From a virus: a stretch of 64,000 nucleotides of DNA. Both the position numbers and the translations under genes were made by a program. Below, one piece after another: positions 61,948 through 64,000 of the stretch. The DNA lies in the IMG/VR virus record IMGVR_UViG_3300025411_000008, positions 67,917 through 131,916 of that record. One strand, written 5' to 3'. Positions within the stretch are counted from its first letter, which is position 1, and every line of letters starts with the position of its first letter. The notes under the pieces are model-generated. The model saw only the letters and a list, made by a program, of their open reading frames with translations, was not told the DNA's origin and searched no databases.

Positions 61948-63938
61948 CGTCTACCTCTTGACATACCGCCGTAATCACGTTGTGCCCTCTGCGCCCCAAA
62001 CACCCTCAGTCTGTCTCGAGCCGAGATAGGTTGCATATCGTTAGCGTTAGTGGTGTGGTAGCCACCCTGTGCGCCTGGGTAGAGCTGTGTATTGCTCAAA
62101 CGGTCACGCATCTCTAGCTTAACGAAGTTGTCTTCGAGCAGCGCATCGACAATAACCATGAGGCAGTCAGAAAGGTCTGACGTTCTGATCGGTCCAAACT
62201 TCTGCTTATCGACGCGACCATTGATCTCTTGTAAGAACTTAAGCTCTTGTTCCAATAAGCTAGTGTTGTCTGGACCGAAGTCGTCGCGGTAGGAGTGTAC
62301 CCAGTTCATACCGATAGCAGACTTGAACCGCTCGTTGCGGCGCATGTTGCTTTCCTTGGTGAACTTCTCTTCTCTAATGATTACCTTATGCGGAGGTCTA
62401 ACCTGCTTGAGGCGCTTCTTGAGGCGTGGCAGCGTTACGAAGGCTCCGTACTGGTCAAAGGAGAATACCTTAGTGGCACGGAACTTACAGAGTACGTCTA
62501 CCAGCTCTTCTTCTACCTCTTCGTAGTCGATCTGATTCTCTTCGTAGTCTTCAGGGTTCCATACCTTAATCCAGTCAACAATGACGTGGTACCACTCTTC
62601 ACCGTCTTCTTCGTCGTACATCTTCTCGACGTGACCGATCATTGCTGCTGTGTTAGCACCACTCTTTGAGGGGTCACAGTGGCCATGGTAGACTACGCTA
62701 AAGTTACCCTCTTGTTGGGCCTCTAGGATACGTGTCTCACCCTTTGAGTCGATGAATGGCTCAAACATACGCTCAACCATCTTGGGGTTAAGGTAAGCGT
62801 TGGTGACTTCAGCCCATTGGCTCATACGCTCTACCTTGAAAGCATCAGGCTCACGCTTCTCTAGGAGCTTCATGCTTTCATCATATTCCTGAGGGGCACC
62901 ACGGAAGTTAAACCCTCCCGTTGCACGTGGGTCTGCCCAGTCCTCATAAGGTCCCCACGATGGGAGCTGTGCCATCATCATGTTAGGATAGGCAGGTGTA
63001 CCGTCTTCTGAGTTACGCTCGAGGGCTGCCTCGTAGAGGTTGAACGCCTTACCAACCTTTGTAAACGGTGACGTAGGTACGTAGATGAACCCGTCCTTAC
63101 CGAATTGGTCAAGTGCCGGGGTGATAGCGTTGTATACTTCTTCACTTGTTCTGGCACCACCGGTACCAGCGAGCATGTGTGCGAACTCGTCGAACATTAC
63201 TGAGAATACCGTAGCACCACGCGATGCCTTGGAGTTACTCGTAACGGCCATGTTTCTGATCGATGCGATCAAACGGCTTGGGCGTAGCCCTCTAGCTTCA
63301 AACGCTGCGATACGTCTAATGTCTGACGGAGTACGCAAAGCGAGGAAGTGTTCCTTTGAGTCAGCAATATATGGCTGGAAGCAAGGAGCATCAATGATTG
63401 AGTTAGAAAGGTCAGCAAACTGGTAACGCTTGGCCTGCTCGATGTTCGTAGCAACGCATAGCGTATAAATATCCTTAGACTTGTCGATACCATAGTACCA
63501 TTGCGGGTCATCGAGCATGATGAGCTGCCAGTTAAGGTATGCACCCATGATACCGCCGATGTGGCCCTTACCACCACGACGACCAGTGATGTTGATCACT
63601 TCTTTAAAGTGCTTGTACCCATTAGCCTTAAGGTATTCAACGCGTTGCATAACGTCTGGGGACACACCGATGGCCACACCATTGCGGTCAAAGTTCTTCG
63701 TCCATTCGTCAATGACTTCATAGTCATAGTCTGTCATGTGTTCTGTCTCCAGGCACATGAGGCGAAGCAAGGTCTTCTGACGAGGATATAGTTTACGGCC
63801 TAAGAATTCTGGGTGCTCTGCAAACGTGACGATATCAGGGATATCAGGAGTTTCTTTGAGAGACTTTTTAGCTATCTCGAAGAAGTCCTGCTGACTCTTC
63901 AGAATGTTTTGGTTACTATTTCTAGTTACTTTTGGCAA
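61944..63938 (-). CDS. terL: terminase large subunit
   Basis: LYPRQ Q-motif, Walker A GRRGGKG, Walker B VMFDEFAH, PTSP coupling motif, nuclease HCDPS...FDQY...SDLSD. Confidence 0.9.
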   Translation of the reverse strand: MPKVTRNSNQNILKSQQDFFEIAKKSLKETPDIPDIVTFAEHPEFLGRKLYPRQKTLLRLMCLETEHMTDYDYEVIDEWTKNFDRNGVAIGVSPDVMQRVEYLKANGYKHFKEVINITGRRGGKGHIGGIMGAYLNWQLIMLDDPQWYYGIDKSKDIYTLCVATNIEQAKRYQFADLSNSIIDAPCFQPYIADSKEHFLALRTPSDIRRIAAFEARGLRPSRLIASIRNMAVTSNSKASRGATVFSVMFDEFAHMLAGTGGARTSEEVYNAITPALDQFGKDGFIYVPTSPFTKVGKAFNLYEAALERNSEDGTPAYPNMMMAQLPSWGPYEDWADPRATGGFNFRGAPQEYDESMKLLEKREPDAFKVERMSQWAEVTNAYLNPKMVERMFEPFIDSKGETRILEAQQEGNFSVVYHGHCDPSKSGANTAAMIGHVEKMYDEEDGEEWYHVIVDWIKVWNPEDYEENQIDYEEVEEELVDVLCKFRATKVFSFDQYGAFVTLPRLKKRLKQVRPPHKVIIREEKFTKESNMRRNERFKSAIGMNWVHSYRDDFGPDNTSLLEQELKFLQEINGRVDKQKFGPIRTSDLSDCLMVIVDALLEDNFVKLEMRDRLSNTQLYPGAQGGYHTTNANDMQPISARDRLRVFGAQRAQRDYGGMSRGRR

Positions 63939-64000
63939 GGCTTAATATCTTTCGCCTAATGCACGACGACAGTCTCTGCATTTTTTTAGTTTAGTACCTT

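Overview
This 64-kb window comes from a large tailed dsDNA phage, most likely infecting an actinobacterium. Evidence for that host: two WhiB genes, an Rpf-like transglycosylase, and head genes resembling Bxz1/cluster C-type myoviruses (recognised by eye, not searched). The minus strand (1-41.6 kb and 61-64 kb) carries the terminase large subunit, portal, prohead protease, scaffold-like protein, major capsid and many orphan head-associated proteins that share an N-terminal motif. It also carries five canonical tRNAs and a tRNA-flanked ADP-heptose/transketolase cassette. The plus strand (41.9-61 kb) is an early-type region of small genes whose intergenic spaces are full of structured RNA: four type II hammerhead ribozymes (three with variant cores), six tRNA mimics of three designs, and many short H-type pseudoknots. 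It also holds a ~1.3-kb ORF-free locus (52560-53900) built from repeated, covarying RNA modules and ending in a tRNA-like element with a greatly enlarged anticodon arm. That locus and the RNA-device-punctuated operon around it are the best candidates for an undescribed system. All calls were made by eye from the sequence; no database searches or folding programs were run.
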